From Octopus sinensis (lineage: Eukaryota): a DNA stretch of 64,000 nt. The DNA lies in NCBI RefSeq assembly GCF_006345805.1, contig NC_043001.1, positions 105,648,001-105,712,000 of the forward strand, read 5' to 3'. The notes under the pieces were generated by a model, which did no database searches, was not told the DNA's origin, and saw only the letters and a program-made list of their open reading frames with translations. Below, one piece after another: positions 39,987-54,640 of the stretch (position 1 is the stretch's first letter; each line of letters begins with the position of its first letter). Made by a program: the position numbers and the translations under genes.

Positions 39987-40827
39987 TATAATATGTTGCG
40001 TATTTTTGTGAACATCACGTCGAATTCTTACGTTCTCGAAACGGAAACCGAAAATATCTTTCATCTTTTATTTGATTTCGTCATTAGATTGCGGCCAGGT
40101 TGCGGCACCGCCTTCAGGAATGTCTGACGTAATGAATCGAACCCAGTACTTATTTTTTTAAAGACGGATACAAATTCTATCGCGCTTATTAATGAACCGC
40201 TAAGGCATATACCATGGACCCTTACCTGACTACTTGATATTCTCCTGATTTGGTAGAATATTAAGTCTTTGTTAGTGGGTCTTGTACGGTTTTATGGTGA
40301 AGGTAGATGGGGTGTATTTCATAAATATCTGAAATATATATTTCTAAGGTATCATCCGGTTTCTTGAACGTCTGTGTGTTGTGTGTATGTAACGAACGAA
40401 TGACTTGTACATACCATAAAATACTCCAGCACAATGTTACCTTTTAATAAATTTGCTTTATTTTACTCAAATTATTTAGACATATGAGGAGCGGAAGAAT
40501 TTATCCTCAGAATGGAAACCTTTTGAGAATGCTAAAAATGTATCTTTTACGATACAGCAAGTGAGGCCATAGTGGCTGTCATTAAATCAGCTGACAGAAT
40601 GTGCCTGATATTGAAGCAAAAATACATGATTAGTTATTCATTTCTGTTCTTCAAATCAAAATGAACTACTTAGCTACGAAGTTATAAAATAATACGCAGG
40701 CATCCATCTTTATATGTATCTAAGAAATTGTACATGGACGTATCCGTTATGAATATATGGAGTGATTGTAAGAATTTTTTCATAATGTTAAATAGGATAA
40801 TCTCATCTTTCTGTCAGTAGTCATTGT

Positions 40828-41035
40828 AAGGCGGTGACCTGTCAAAATCGTTAGCACACCGGTGAAACTACATTGCATTATTTCATCGCTCTTTACTTTC
40901 TCAGTTCAAATGCTACCAAATTAAACTTTGCCTTTAACCTTATCAAGGGTCGACAAAAGAAGTGCAAGCCAAACACCGGGGTTGATGTAGTCGACTTTTC
41001 CCAAATTTGCTGGCCTTGTGCCAAAATTTGAAATC
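40828..41035 (+). mobile_element. SINE family B variant (ggccttgtgccaaaatttgaa tail)
   Basis: aaggcggtgacctgtcaaaatcgttagcacaccgg...gctggccttgtgccaaaatttg. Confidence 0.7.
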
Positions 41036-41974
41036 AGTATATATCGTGCTGCTGTTGTGTAGATAGAAGGAAACTATAGAGAATAGTTAAACACACGAAG
41101 TTACAGACAACCTGTGAATCACACAACAGAATCAGAATGCAAATCGGCAAAATATATGACATTGTTTCAATGATGACACCGGTGGCAAGCACCAAAATAT
41201 TTGGTCAGAGAGAAATACTCGCGCAAAGTGCAGAGAGAGTCTAATATATTTGTAGTAAAGATTGTTTGCCAACATAACATGGCAGTCCAGGTTTAGGACG
41301 AATGTTGCTGCGACGTTATGTTGGCAGACTATGTTTACTACAAAGTACTGTTGCTGAATATCTCACGTTGTGAGATTAAAAACATAGTAGTTTTCTATAA
41401 CATATTTATTCGTCTCCAAATCATCTCATTAGATTAAAATTAAGAATGTCAGAAATACAGCGCTATTTTTTCCCTAAAATAAGGATTCGTGAATATTGTT
41501 TGTATGCAGACATTTTCTTAATTATTCTGAGATTTTTATTGCATGCAATTTCATACATATACTTTAATTAAATCTATTTACATGCTCGCATCCCATCCCT
41601 ATCTTTATTAACGTAAATATACAAACTGGACTTCAGGTTTGTGATACGAAAATCGACATCATTAATTAATAAAGAATTTAAACGCTTAATACAGACCAAG
41701 GTGTCGAACTAATTGTTCAATATATTTATATAAAAGTAACTTCAAAGGATTATACTTAAGACATTAATATGAATGTTGCTTGAGGGATGTAGTTCTAGAA
41801 CGTAACATTACCACCTTTGGAAAAACCACCAATAAAATGATTATGGAGTGTTGGGGTAGTCCTTGTTTGTGTAAAAGGAATTCGAAAACTTGCATTTGTA
41901 TCTATATGAAGAACCTGTAATAAGTATGCGGAACGCTATGGCTCGGGCTAATACATACACTTCACTTAACAAAT

Positions 41975-42165
41975 ATTCTTTTCTACTCAAGACACAAGGC
42001 CAGATATTTTTGGGGAGGAGCCCAGTCAATCTACCTCAGTACGCAACTAGTACTTAATTTATCGACCCCCAAAGGATGAAAGGCAAAGTCGACCACGGCG
42101 GAATTTGAACTCAGAACGTAACGACAGACGAAATACTGGTAAGCATTTTCCCCGGCGTGCTAACT
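41975..42165 (-). mobile_element. SINE family B
   Basis: atcgacccccaaaggatgaaaggcaaagtcgaccacggcggaatttgaactcagaacg. Confidence 0.8.
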
Positions 42166-42428
42166 TTTGATTACCACAAAATATTATTATATTATTTATG
42201 AACAACCGAATAGGTTGCACGACTAAACAGCAGGTTATCTTCTGACTTATTCTCACTTCTGCTTCTGTTTAAACTCTGCTTGCATCGAACAAGTTCGTCG
42301 TGAGCGCTTGTCAAATTTTTTACCATTATTATAACATGTTCGCTAATTGGGCTTCATATCTGCAATACGAATACCTTTCGTCTCCACAATTTTATAGACA
42401 CACATGCATATACATTTGTATAAATAAT

Positions 42429-42488
<60 letters not shown>

Positions 42489-42497
42489 AATATAAAT

Positions 42498-42567
<70 letters not shown>

Positions 42568-42866
42568 ATATAGCCATCGATGTTTTATACTTATGAAATA
42601 TGCAATTCGATTGTACTCCTACGTATTATACTATTTAAATCTTCATATTGGGTTTTGTCTATTGAAATGTATAATCTTCAAGCGACCGATATATCAGGAT
42701 TACTTAAGGCATAGAATTTTTAAAAAATGAAATCAGTCATGTGTATGTCACGATCCAGCAAAAGAAACACACACATCTACACAGGCGCGAGTGCAAACAC
42801 AAATACGAGCACGCACAACGCTCACACGCGCACACAGACGTATTTCTGATTCAACAGAATCCAAGC

Positions 42867-42910
<44 letters not shown>

Positions 42911-42917
42911 GCATATA

Positions 42918-42979
<62 letters not shown>

Positions 42980-43268
42980 CAAATGTATATATACATATAT
43001 AAACATACATATATGCATACATACATATATGAATGTATATATATATGTATGTAGATATCTATATATCTATATATACATATGTATGAAATATATATATATA
43101 TATATATATATATAATCATACATATACATATATATATTCATATATATGTATATATTTATATATTTACATTTATATATATATATATATATATATGTTATAT
43201 ATACTTACGTATATATAGATAGATTGATATCTACATATATAAATATATATGGATATATGGATATATAG

Positions 43269-43380
<112 letters not shown>

Positions 43381-46159
43381 ATATTATATATATATATATG
43401 AAGCATGTGTGTTAAATGAAGGAATGAATGAGTATTGATTTCGAGAGGAGATATCTATACGTTGACATAGAAAACTCTTTACGCGTTTTTCACCCTGCAT
43501 TAACAATTACGATAATCATTGTTTTCTATTGCGTAATTAAATGGAATGAAGGAAATACATTGAATTCTTCCTACAAATTCAGAAATCCTTTATGTACATC
43601 AATATATTTAATATTCTACCAGATTAACTGAGTTGCAATAGGAATTAAATTTTCAAACTGTATCGCATTTGTATCGGTAGTTGGGAATATATTTCTGTAT
43701 GTCAGTGAAATATGCCCCGTTACAACACAGGAAATTTGGATGTTAAAGCTTTTACTATATAGTTAAAAAATTGAGTGTATTCAAGAACACAAAACCGAGA
43801 GTAAAGTAGAAAGGCATAAAACTATGTATTTCGTTCAAAACTGTAGAATAAACTAAAAATAAAAATAACGGTGGCAAATTAGGAAACAACAAACAAACTC
43901 GATATGTTTGAGGCTCAGGAAAAAGGGGAGACAAGTTTTGAAGCTACGCTTTTCTTCAGAGAGAAATCAAGAGAGATGACAGATGGAGAGAAGGAAAAAC
44001 GGAGGGAGGAAAAAAGGACTGGATTAACGGTTGCTTATTTTAAGTTTATTTATTATGGTAGGTGACAGTGTTTCAAAAAGAGATACGCTACGGCGGTGAG
44101 GTTGCATAGTATGTGAGTTTTAGCCAACAAGTATTTGTCGTAATGACGAATTAGTGGAAGGAGACTTGCTTATGTTCACATCAAGTTTAAAATTATACTA
44201 ATTCGTATATATAGGAAAGGGTGAATTCACTCGTATTTATCCACCAATGTAAGCAATGGAAGGTGGGTATGTGTATGAGGTAACACAGAGAAGATCTTGG
44301 AAAATAATTAAATGATGGCAAACGTAGGAAATATACACACACAGATGCAGGCACGAATCCATACACACACACACAAATACATGTACAAATCCAGGCACAA
44401 ATCCATGCAGATACACATCGTAGAAAGACAGATTGGACTAAATAGAACAAGAAGAGACACAAGGGATGGAGGATCACTGAGGAGGTCACAGGGTGTGTGT
44501 CGAAAGATTTCCAGACAAAAGACATAAAATAAGAACAAAAATAAATCTGAAGTGAAGAAGAAATATATAGGGCGTGTTTTTATTTGGCCAGAAAAATGAC
44601 CGTGCCGAAATATAATAATATTTGTTTCAAAACCCGTTTTTACATCAGGAATCTTGCAATACAAATACCTAAACGTAAGAAAGTGTATTTGTTGAGAAGG
44701 AACGTGTATCTTATGCACGTATCATAAGGATGATTATTTTCTTAAATTATCCTATAATTATTTTTTCTAACAGGAATCCAGATCTTCGTCATTCATTCAG
44801 ATGATAAATTAATGTATCATCGGTTTCATTGAGAAGTATTCCCAAATACTTCATTATTACATGGGTTCTAGCTCTCTTAATATAGTATGGCGAGAATATT
44901 AATTAATTGAAATTACCCCAATGTCGTGAAGAAAATTACCATATTTTGATTGTAAATGCTATTTTAATAATGGCAAAAATTCAAATACAATTCATTAAGG
45001 TATGATTAATTAAATGTACAGAATACATGAGAATGACGTAATTTGACAATGAAATATCTCACGTCATGACGTGTTTCAGTATCGTTAGATCTCATCAGCA
45101 ACCACTCTTTAAAACCTTCGGAGTGAGAGAGATATAAATGCGATATGAATAAATACTGTGGCGCATCATTTTGCATGCACTTATATCGAATTTCCATTTA
45201 ATTGTCATGCATATCCTGTTATTTATGATTTTTTTTCTTGTCGCTTACCTGAAAAGAGCAACATGGTTTAAGTAAATGAAAATGCTTTGATAAGCACACA
45301 ACAGCGAGGTATATAAATTCACTGCCCTTTAATTATAATGTTCGGTTCTTATAGAAGACAATACAGACATGTTACGATGTCTGTGCTAAAGTACACAGAG
45401 CATCACGGCATGGACATGTAGTAATTTATTGCTATTTTTCCATGCCATGAAGTTATTTATGGGGATCTACTCCTGATTCTTTTGCTGCAGTCCGTGGGCA
45501 GGAGACGGTATCACCTACTTTACGCTTTCAACAACAAATTCGATAAAATACCATGCACGTACGATTCATATAGTATGACATGTGTGTTTCGTTTTGGAGA
45601 ATCTAGATCCAGTTACCCAATGACCTGTATCCGGTTAGAGCTGTAAAGAAATAGCTCAAATCAAATCAAAGGAAAACAAGTATTCATGCATCGTTTCAGT
45701 TAAATTCCTCCAGATTTATTATCATAAAAGATTTGCTTAACATGTTTCAGTTGCATATGTTTGAGTAAATAATTGCTTTCGCTATATTCAGAAAATTCGA
45801 AGTTTTCTCGGAGGGATATATTTGAATACATTTCGGCCCCGAAATGATGAACGACAAGGTCGACGTCCCCAAAATTTCAACACAAAATAACGTTTAATAT
45901 TGAGTAAAATATATGAAATATGGAATACGTAAGTGATACTTTAAAGATTTATAGTTATTTTAAAGAGATCTCACTATTTCATATATGTATCGTATCTGAT
46001 TCTTAATAGAACTAACCGGGTGCGCATAATGAAGATGTGTTTTATATTCAACAAAATAATTTCATTTGTAAAATTTCCAAAACACGTCAGTCAATTTTTT
46101 TATTGTATGTCGGGTTTGACAGATTTAAATAGTTGTGGAAATGTGTAATGCTTCATCTT

Positions 46160-46350
46160 TTCTCTTCTGCTTGTTTCAATCGTTAGACTGCGCCCATGCC
46201 GGGGCACCGTCTTATGTAATTCTTAGTTAAATGAATCGATACAAGGACATATTTTTTTAAAGCCGAGTACTTATTTTATCGGTCTTTTCCGCCGGAACAC
46301 TAAGTTACATGCAACGCAGTGGGGCTGAACAAGGAATAATGTGGCTGAGA
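46160..46350 (-). mobile_element. SINE family A, internally deleted
   Basis: gactgcgcccatgccggggcaccg...cgcagtggggctgaac...gagaagcaaat. Confidence 0.65.
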
Positions 46351-47156
46351 AGCAAATATCTTACTAAATAGCCTCGAGTGAGCATTTGTAACACCACAGG
46401 AGATTCATTTAAGAAGTAATAAATTAATGCATCACCTGACTTTAAGTGGTAAATAGAAATTAAAAGTATCTTAACTGCAAAGTCCACAAGTTACTGACAA
46501 CTACAGAACAACCATTTCAAGAAATATAAATCGAAAATAATTGGAGAATTTATTATTAACGAGGATAATTTATATTCTCATTGGAAATGGAAAGCTGACG
46601 AATATTTAACGGCTGTTTTGTTAATGGAAGGAAAGGCTGTAATGACGAATTAAGAAATACTCATTATCTAAGTTTAGTGGTCATCTGTTTATCATATTAG
46701 AAGCGTAATATCATATTATTATAAACATTTAAGTTTCTATCCTCGTTTTATGACAGAGTAGTACTGTACAGTAACAGTCTTGAAATCAAAGTTAGAGAGC
46801 AAAAACCGCTACTAACATGACTACTAAAACACTGGAGACACTTAGAGTGTATAAGATTTCAATAAATATATACACATGGCGAACGAAATTACGTTGTGTA
46901 TTTAATTTATTGAAAGCTCGATATGACAGATACGAGTAAACTTATGATTTTATATAAGTCTTAAACATTCGTTATTCGTTTAATTGTTTCAGACATTATG
47001 CTACGGCCACTCTCCGGCAACATCTTGAAGAATTTTAGTCTACTGGACAGAACCTAGCATGTGTAATGTTTCTTAAACCTAGTATTTACACTTTCGGTTA
47101 CATTTGCGGTACCTCTGTAATGTCAAGCGGTTGTGGAAGACATATATACATACATT

Positions 47157-47222
<66 letters not shown>

Positions 47223-48299
47223 TATATATATATATACATATATTTATGTATATATATATGTATATACATATATACATATATACATATATATATATATACA
47301 CATATACATATATATATATATATACACATATTTATGTATATATATATATACATATATTATGTATATATATATGTATATATATATATATATATACATATAT
47401 ATACAGATATATATGTATATATATATGTATGTATGTATATATATGTATATATGTATGCATATATATTTGCATATATATTTACATGCGTGTATATGTGTGT
47501 GTGTATGTGTGGGTGTGAGTGTCTGTGAGTTTGCTGTGAATGCGGGAATATGCTTCATAGACCCACATCTTTCCATCTTAATTTCACGCATCAGATAAAT
47601 CTGTGAAACCAGTTAAGGCTTTAAAATTAAACCGGCTCAGAGCATTTCAACTTCTAATGTGCGTGGGTTCATTCGCAGATTTAACATGTGGACGTTGAGG
47701 AGGAGAAGTGGCAGGGGCTGTAGCAAAATTCCTACAAATAATGCAACACAGACATTTCAATGGATAGGATTTTCCCAAAGATGCGGCGTGTAGTTGTCAG
47801 CAGAATCATTTTGGATGTTGTCTAGATGTTTTTGACATCCCTTTTTTTTATCATACCTAAGTCACCCACAATAACAGAAATAGCTTTTGCTTTAAGATGC
47901 TTCGTTTTCTGTATTTCAGTTTCCTGATCCTTATATTTACTACGTTTGTCAAATTTCTTTACAGATATATATTTTTTATCAGTGAGAAAACTTATATCTA
48001 TTAGTCTACAAGTATCTTCGTCATTGTCTGCAATAATTAATCTGGGCGATTAGCCTGGATTGTTCTGTCGGTGTTAACTAGAAAATCCCAGATGTTAGCG
48101 ATGTTTTTATCTTCATCGGTTGTGTCAGGATGATATTCATACCAGTAAACAGGAGTGCTGATTTTGTAGTGTTTACATATTTTGTAGTGTTTACAAAGCT
48201 ATGTGAGAGAGAAAAACTGGAAGAACGACAGGGAGAAAAAGGAGAAAATATATAAATAAGAAAAGTAAACAAAATAAAAGGAGAAAAAGGAAAGAAAAT

Positions 48300-49850
48300 T
48301 CACAGCAACAATGCTCTTCTCAGTACGTGTGAAATACCAGATAAGACAATCTTTCGCACTTTCTGCATGGATGGCAATCCAGGGATCATTCTCAAATATT
48401 TTTCAGTTCCTTTTCTGATCACTCCAAGTGCTCCTAAAATCACTGGTATTGTAACCGTCTTGAGATACCACATCTTTTCAAGTAGCAAATCTTTATATTT
48501 TCAGAGCTTATCAAATTCTTTTGCCGAGATATCTCGGTCACAGGGTATGCTCATGTCAATCAATAAACAAACTTTATTGTCTTGGTCTTTCACAACAATA
48601 TCTGTTTATTTGCTCTGATGGCCCGCTCTGTCCATACTGGGATAATCCAAAGAATAGTTACATTTTCTCCCTCAGTTACAGCCTCACATTTATGCTGGTA
48701 CCATTTTTTAGCATTTTTTAATTTTGTAATGCTAACACATTATCCAATGTAGTATTGACATGTCTTGATTTGTAGTCTACAGAAGCTAAAATCTTATATC
48801 CAGAGATTAAGTGAGCCACTGATTCAATCACATCCTTCAAGTATCGGCACTTTGGGTCTACACCATTATTTTTTATCATATTCGCTTGTTGTTCTGGGTT
48901 AATACGCTCTGATCATGAGCAGCCAAGATAAAGCCATCACTCTATGCCTTTAGCCCTGAGCTCCGTAGCCACTGATGGGTGTGCTCCTGATCTACATCAG
49001 CTTCCTTACTACGGGCCACATATTCGCCATGCACAGTTTTTTGTTCCCACCTATTAGCCAATTGTTCAAGCGAATTTTGCTTTGCTATTGATTTCACCTT
49101 CTTTGTAACTACAGTTGCTGCACTTCCATTATGCTGTTCAACCTAGGTATGATGCATAAACTCACTTGAAAATGTCTTGCTCTCCTTCATAAGAGAATGA
49201 TGTTCCTTACATTGTTCATGGTTTTCAACGATCTTTAGCGTCCAGTGCTTAGATATTTCAAGATAGTTTGCCAGTCCACTGGTAGTGGCTTTGTAGGAGA
49301 TTTCAAACTGGATCAAACCTCTACCTCCTTGAGGTGTCAGTAGGTGAAGATGACCCGCGTCTGACTTTGGGCGTTGCATCTTACAGTAAGTCAGCAGCTT
49401 ACGAATTTTCGTGTTAATCGTTATTTCGGTCCAGTTTAATACATCGAAACTGCAAATAACAACCGGAACGGCTAAGGAATTTATACCTAACACCTTGTCA
49501 CGTGCCTTTGACTCGGATTTTAGGACTGCTCCAACTCTCCTGTAACACTCATTCCGGATCTCCTGCTTCTATTTGCATGTTAAATGCCAGAGCTGTCATT
49601 TATTCCGAGGTATTTCGAAGTTTGTTCCTGCTCGAATTCGTTTATGACTGTGTCAACATCCAACACAACTGACTGCGGGATCTTCAAATCCCCTTCCTGG
49701 AAAGTGACCTTGGCATATTCACAAAATCAAATTCCATCCCTATGTTCTCACTGAATGCTTTCACAGTAAGTAGTATTCCTTCAAACTCGTTATGGTTTTT
49801 GCCATAGAGGTTTAAGCTATCCATACAAAACAGTTTCGAACACTCAGGGA
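48300..49850 (-). mobile_element. R4/Dong-like LINE (RT to RLE), decayed
   Basis: LFCMDSLNLYGKNHNEFEGILLTVKAFSENIGMEF (YMDD-type motif), INSLAVPVV...GGRGLIQFEISYK, KMWYLKTVTIPVILGALGVI...SHVLRRALLL*. Confidence 0.88.
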
Positions 49851-50337
49851 GAAAGGAAAGGAAAATGAAAGGTAACATTTTCACAGAAAATTGCAGATTA
49901 TAAAGTTCTAAAATCTTCTAAAGATGAGTGTTTGTATGTCCGAACACAGATAATTGTAGAGTGCTTACAATAGAGAGGATGCTTAGGCTTTCGAATACTC
50001 AGGGAGAAAGAAAAGAAAAGTTGTAGATATTAAATTTTTAAAGTTTTTAAAGATGATCATTTGTGTTTCTCCAGAGAAAACTGTAGATATGTAAGTCGCT
50101 AAACTTATTTTGAGTAAAATTTTAAATACTCGCAGGAAATTGTAGATGTTCCAGTTTTTGAGAACTTTTTTTTATCAGTTGTTCTGCTGGGTTGTATTTA
50201 TGTTTCGAGGTCTTCGTCTCTACTGACTTGTCAGAGCAGCGAAGAACACGTTGAACCGATTTCAAGGGTTATTATTATTGCTTTATGATTGGCCCTGTTC
50301 GCCAATAAAGAAATTATTATTACTATTATTATTATTA

Positions 50338-50402
<65 letters not shown>

Positions 50403-52989
50403 TTGTTGCATAGTTTTCCTGTACAACTAAGATCTTCTGTAAGTATGCTGAGTCGGTATTATCAAATTGAATGCTTTCTCTACGATGTATGGGCTGTACC
50501 TTGAAGCACTAGTTTACATATGCCATGTATACCTATCTATACACTTTATATATTTTCGTTTTTATTTTACATTTGTTTGTAACATTAATATCATTCTCAA
50601 TGCAGCTGGAATTATAGCAATTTCTCCATCACCGAAACATTTTTTCTAAGTGTCTCTCATAATGCCATAATTTCCATTGGATGAATGCTCTAAATCTGTC
50701 ATGTATATTTTAGCATGCTGCTGCTTCCTGTAAGAAACAATGTAATCGATATTTTCCTCTTCTCGACGTGCACATATACTGCAGTATGATAAATCTTTCA
50801 ACTTCAGTTTATGCCATGCTAGTTTCTGATCGTAACATTTGAGGTATTTTTTTGCGCTCCAAACATATTCCGAGATTTGTCATCATCCCCTTTTCTGTTA
50901 ATTCTTCCCAGATATTGACTATGATTCACTTGTTCTAGCTAAACACTTATTGCGCCATTGTATAGTCGTATTTAGTTTTAGTTTTTATTTCATCAAGTCT
51001 TTTTGTTATGTCCCTTTCTCTGAAAAAAAAAACCTGTGTTAGTTTTAAAGAGTCTGTTATTCAATTTGTCGAAAACTACTAAATGTGTAACTAACAGTAT
51101 TAGATTCCCCATTAATTTTTACTACATATTATTCTTGCAGTGAATATTACATTATATATTGTTATGCATAAATACTTAGGAATTGATGGACTAGGAACAA
51201 ACACAACAGTGAAAACGGGGAAAAAATATCAAACTAACGAAGGAATTACTTAAAAGTTCGCTGAACTCAACGAAGAAGTATTCACTAATAGTTTAGCTCA
51301 TCGAATAATAAGTTATAGTTATAATATTCTCCACTGAATGCTAAGTAAATTAGGAAGGCCAGACAGAAATAAAAAAAAACTAATATGTCTGAATTTACAA
51401 TGTAGAATACATAAAACATTTGCTCACCTCAATATAACAAGACCAATACAAGTAGAAAAAATGTTAGTTTTCTAGTATGATATCTAGAGACTGATGGGAA
51501 TGATGTAGTAGCCGTAAATAGTGCTAAGAAATGTGTCTTACTGTAATGGTAATTGTAAAGATGTGGAAATGTCTTTCGATGTGGTATATTTGTGAAACAC
51601 TGCACGGAATAAATGGTTTGCGTGTTATTATGCAGTTCTAGTTGGAAGTGAAGTGCTGTGATATTTGCTTATCAATGGGGCGTTAAATTGGATTCGTATC
51701 TTGTAAAGAAAGAGCCTGTTCTTCCATCGTGTTACTCAATATTACTGCAAATAGTTTTTCTTTAAGCTTGTAAAGTATTTAAAACTGAATTGGAAATTTA
51801 ACAGTTCAAGGTGTCTTCTAGTTCTGCATTATTTTTCAGATACTTTATTGTTTCAGTATTTTCATCCTTTACAAACATTCCCCTGCCTAATATTCTAACC
51901 ATTAATTCTTACATTGCTGTTATTATTGGCATTATGCGCCTGGGGCTTTCCTATTTGCTGATAAAATTATGGGGTTGAGTCAATCCATTTCTTCTATGTC
52001 ATCAACCGTTGCCATTTATCATTATAATTACTGTCAGAGGGACAAGGCCACATATTTTAAGGAAGCTTTTAGCTAATTACATCAAAACTAGTGAAATACT
52101 TTATTGGTCAAAGTCAAATTTCACTGGATGAAATCGGAAATTCGCCTAGGTAAAAACTGAACTCATTAACGAATACTGCAAGGCTGTTTTGGCGGAAGAG
52201 ACTCCATCGATTCGTAGACGCCAATCTCTCCCTTCTCGCTTATTGATATTTTAGTTTATATTTTACCGTTATCACGGGGCATGCATTTTTTTTTACATCA
52301 CCCAAACAGTATCAAAATATTCCAATATGAACCATCAAATACAAACAACACTATTAAATAAATGAGCCGCAACAATACCATCACCAACAACACCACGAAC
52401 AAATATGTCAGATCTGAAATTTTCACCAGAAATTTTATGTGAATGTCAGCAAAACGAATTAAACAAAGGACATCAACATTAGCTGTATATATAAGAAAGA
52501 AGAAACATAAAAAAAACATACAGTTCCCATTAAGAGTGACAATAACATCATCTGCAACAACAACATTGTAGATGTAGACATTGTGGGCTGCAGGAATCAA
52601 TGTGGTCGATTGCTTCATCTTGAGAAATTCTATAATGTCAGCAGTTAGAAAATGGTTTCTGATTCAAGAGGAACAAAGGAAAATATAAAACATCAACAGA
52701 AACAGCAAAGATTATAACTCTTTTGCCAAAACCACTGGCACCTGAGTTGCTCATCCATTTTAGTTTTAAAATGGACTTAGACGAGCGAAATATCCTGGGA
52801 TGATATTTCACCTGGATACCAAATTCTGTGCAGATGTACAACGAAAACGACGATAACGATGCAAAGTGTTTCTCCAAAACAGATAAAATGACAGGATATA
52901 GTTATCCGGAATTAATTTTGCAAAGTTACAAAAATTTGGCCAATGTAGATCATTATATGTTATTTTGTGAAGGAGGAAATATGGAGACA

Positions 52990-53160
52990 ATAAACATCAA
53001 CAATAATTATTTACATTTTACGGATATTTTATCCTCACTTGTTTGTTGTTAACACAACGGTTCGGCTGATGTTCTCTCCAGTCCTTCACCAGGTGCCCTG
53101 GAGGAATTTCGAACCTAGGTTCTCATTTCTAAGGTATTTTCGATGTTGTTGTTGTTGTTG
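52990..53160 (-). mobile_element. Hammerhead-bearing mini-element, copy 2
   Basis: Minus strand ggcac-CTGGTGA-aggactg-gagagaacat-cagcc-GAAC-CGTT-gtgtt (53051-53097), preceded by (AAT)n(AAC)n. Confidence 0.6.
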
Positions 53161-53177
53161 TTATTATAATAATAATA

Positions 53178-53228
<51 letters not shown>

Positions 53229-53647
53229 GATATTCTTCTTCTTTTTCTTCTTCTTCATCTTCTTCTTATTATTATTGTAAATAATGTAAATAACGTACAT
53301 AAATCCTCATCACTTAAATATAGAAAAATAATAATAACAACAAGAAAACAAAACTGACATCTGGGTTGCCCCTGGCAGTCAAATGAATTCTTGGTAGGGA
53401 TTCAAATAGATTCTCCTTGTAACATAGTTAAAACCCAAGATAATTACAGACCAGAAAATTAAGTCCGCTACAGAACATGACGTACGCGTATATGAAGTTA
53501 AATATATTCCGTGAAAGAAGAGAAACATAAGCTCAAATCCCGAAAGCAGTGAACATAATTTCGTTCTTGCAGTATGTAAATGTAAAAGATATGAGGAAAA
53601 GCTAATGTAGTAGAGCAATTATTTTATATTCTGATGATTTATATATT

Positions 53648-53865
53648 GTTTTCGAATTTTGGCACTAGGCTAGCAATTTTGAAGGAGGGAATTAGTCGAT
53701 TGCATTGGCCTCTATGTGCTCGACCTGTACTTATTTCACCAACTCTGAAAGGATGAAATGCAAAGTCGACCTCGGTGGAAATTGAACTCAGAATGTAAAG
53801 ACGGACGAAATGTAGCTATGCAATTCTGCCCGGCCTGGTAACGATTTCGCCATCTCACCGCCTGT
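53648..53865 (-). mobile_element. SINE family B
   Basis: ggatgaaatgcaaagtcgacctcggtggaaattgaactcagaatg. Confidence 0.8.
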
Positions 53866-54244
53866 GATGATTTATATATTGCGATGACGTTTATATTGGC
53901 AACGTATATCTTGAGAACATTTCTAAATCTTGGTTTCTTCTTCAGATAATTGTCTGCAATTGTTGAAATGGCTACCAAGAGACTTATGATGAGGGATGCT
54001 TCCATTTTCACTTTCATTGAATGTCACTCTCCATAGATCTTTATATTTGAAATATATTTGAAGTTATGTGTTCCAAAGGTATTCGGTCCTTTGTTTCAAA
54101 TGACACTCCATTAATTGAAATACAATGGATAACGTCATTTTCACCAGGATATTAAGTCTCAAATCTCTCGTGCCCATCACTGCATCTCATCAAGAAAGAA
54201 TCGGTCCGAGACTATTTGTATATATGTATACTTGTATATATGAA

Positions 54245-54383
54245 TCAAGGAGTGGCTACAACCACATGGTTCTGGCTTCAGTTCCACTGCGTGGCACCTT
54301 CGGAAAGTGTCTTCTACTATAGCCTCGGGCCGACCAAAGACTTGGGAGTGGACTTGGTAGACAGAAACTGAAAGAAGCCCGTC

Positions 54384-54422
<39 letters not shown>

Positions 54423-54640
54423 TGTGTGTGTCAGTGTCTGTCCCCCCACCAACATCGCTTGACAACCGATGCTGGTGTGTTTACGTCCCCGTAACTTAGC
54501 TGTTCGGCAAAAGACAGCGATTGAATAAGTACTAAGCTTGCAAAGAATGAGTCCTGGGGTCAATTTGCTCGACTAAAGTCGGTACTCCAGCATGGCCACA
54601 GTCAAATGACTGAAACAAGTAAAACAATAAAACAGTAAAA
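54245..54640 (+). mobile_element. SINE family A, full length
   Basis: ggagtggct...ccactgcgtggcacc...(TA)n...ccagcatggccacagtcaaatgactgaaacaagtaaaa. Confidence 0.88.

Noticed and set aside
40226-40328. Minus-strand segment with strong acceptor (atttcag) and donor (gtaagg)
   Set aside because: At 103 nt I could not establish a stop-free frame by eye. It was left out of the exon chain, though a non-coding exon is possible.
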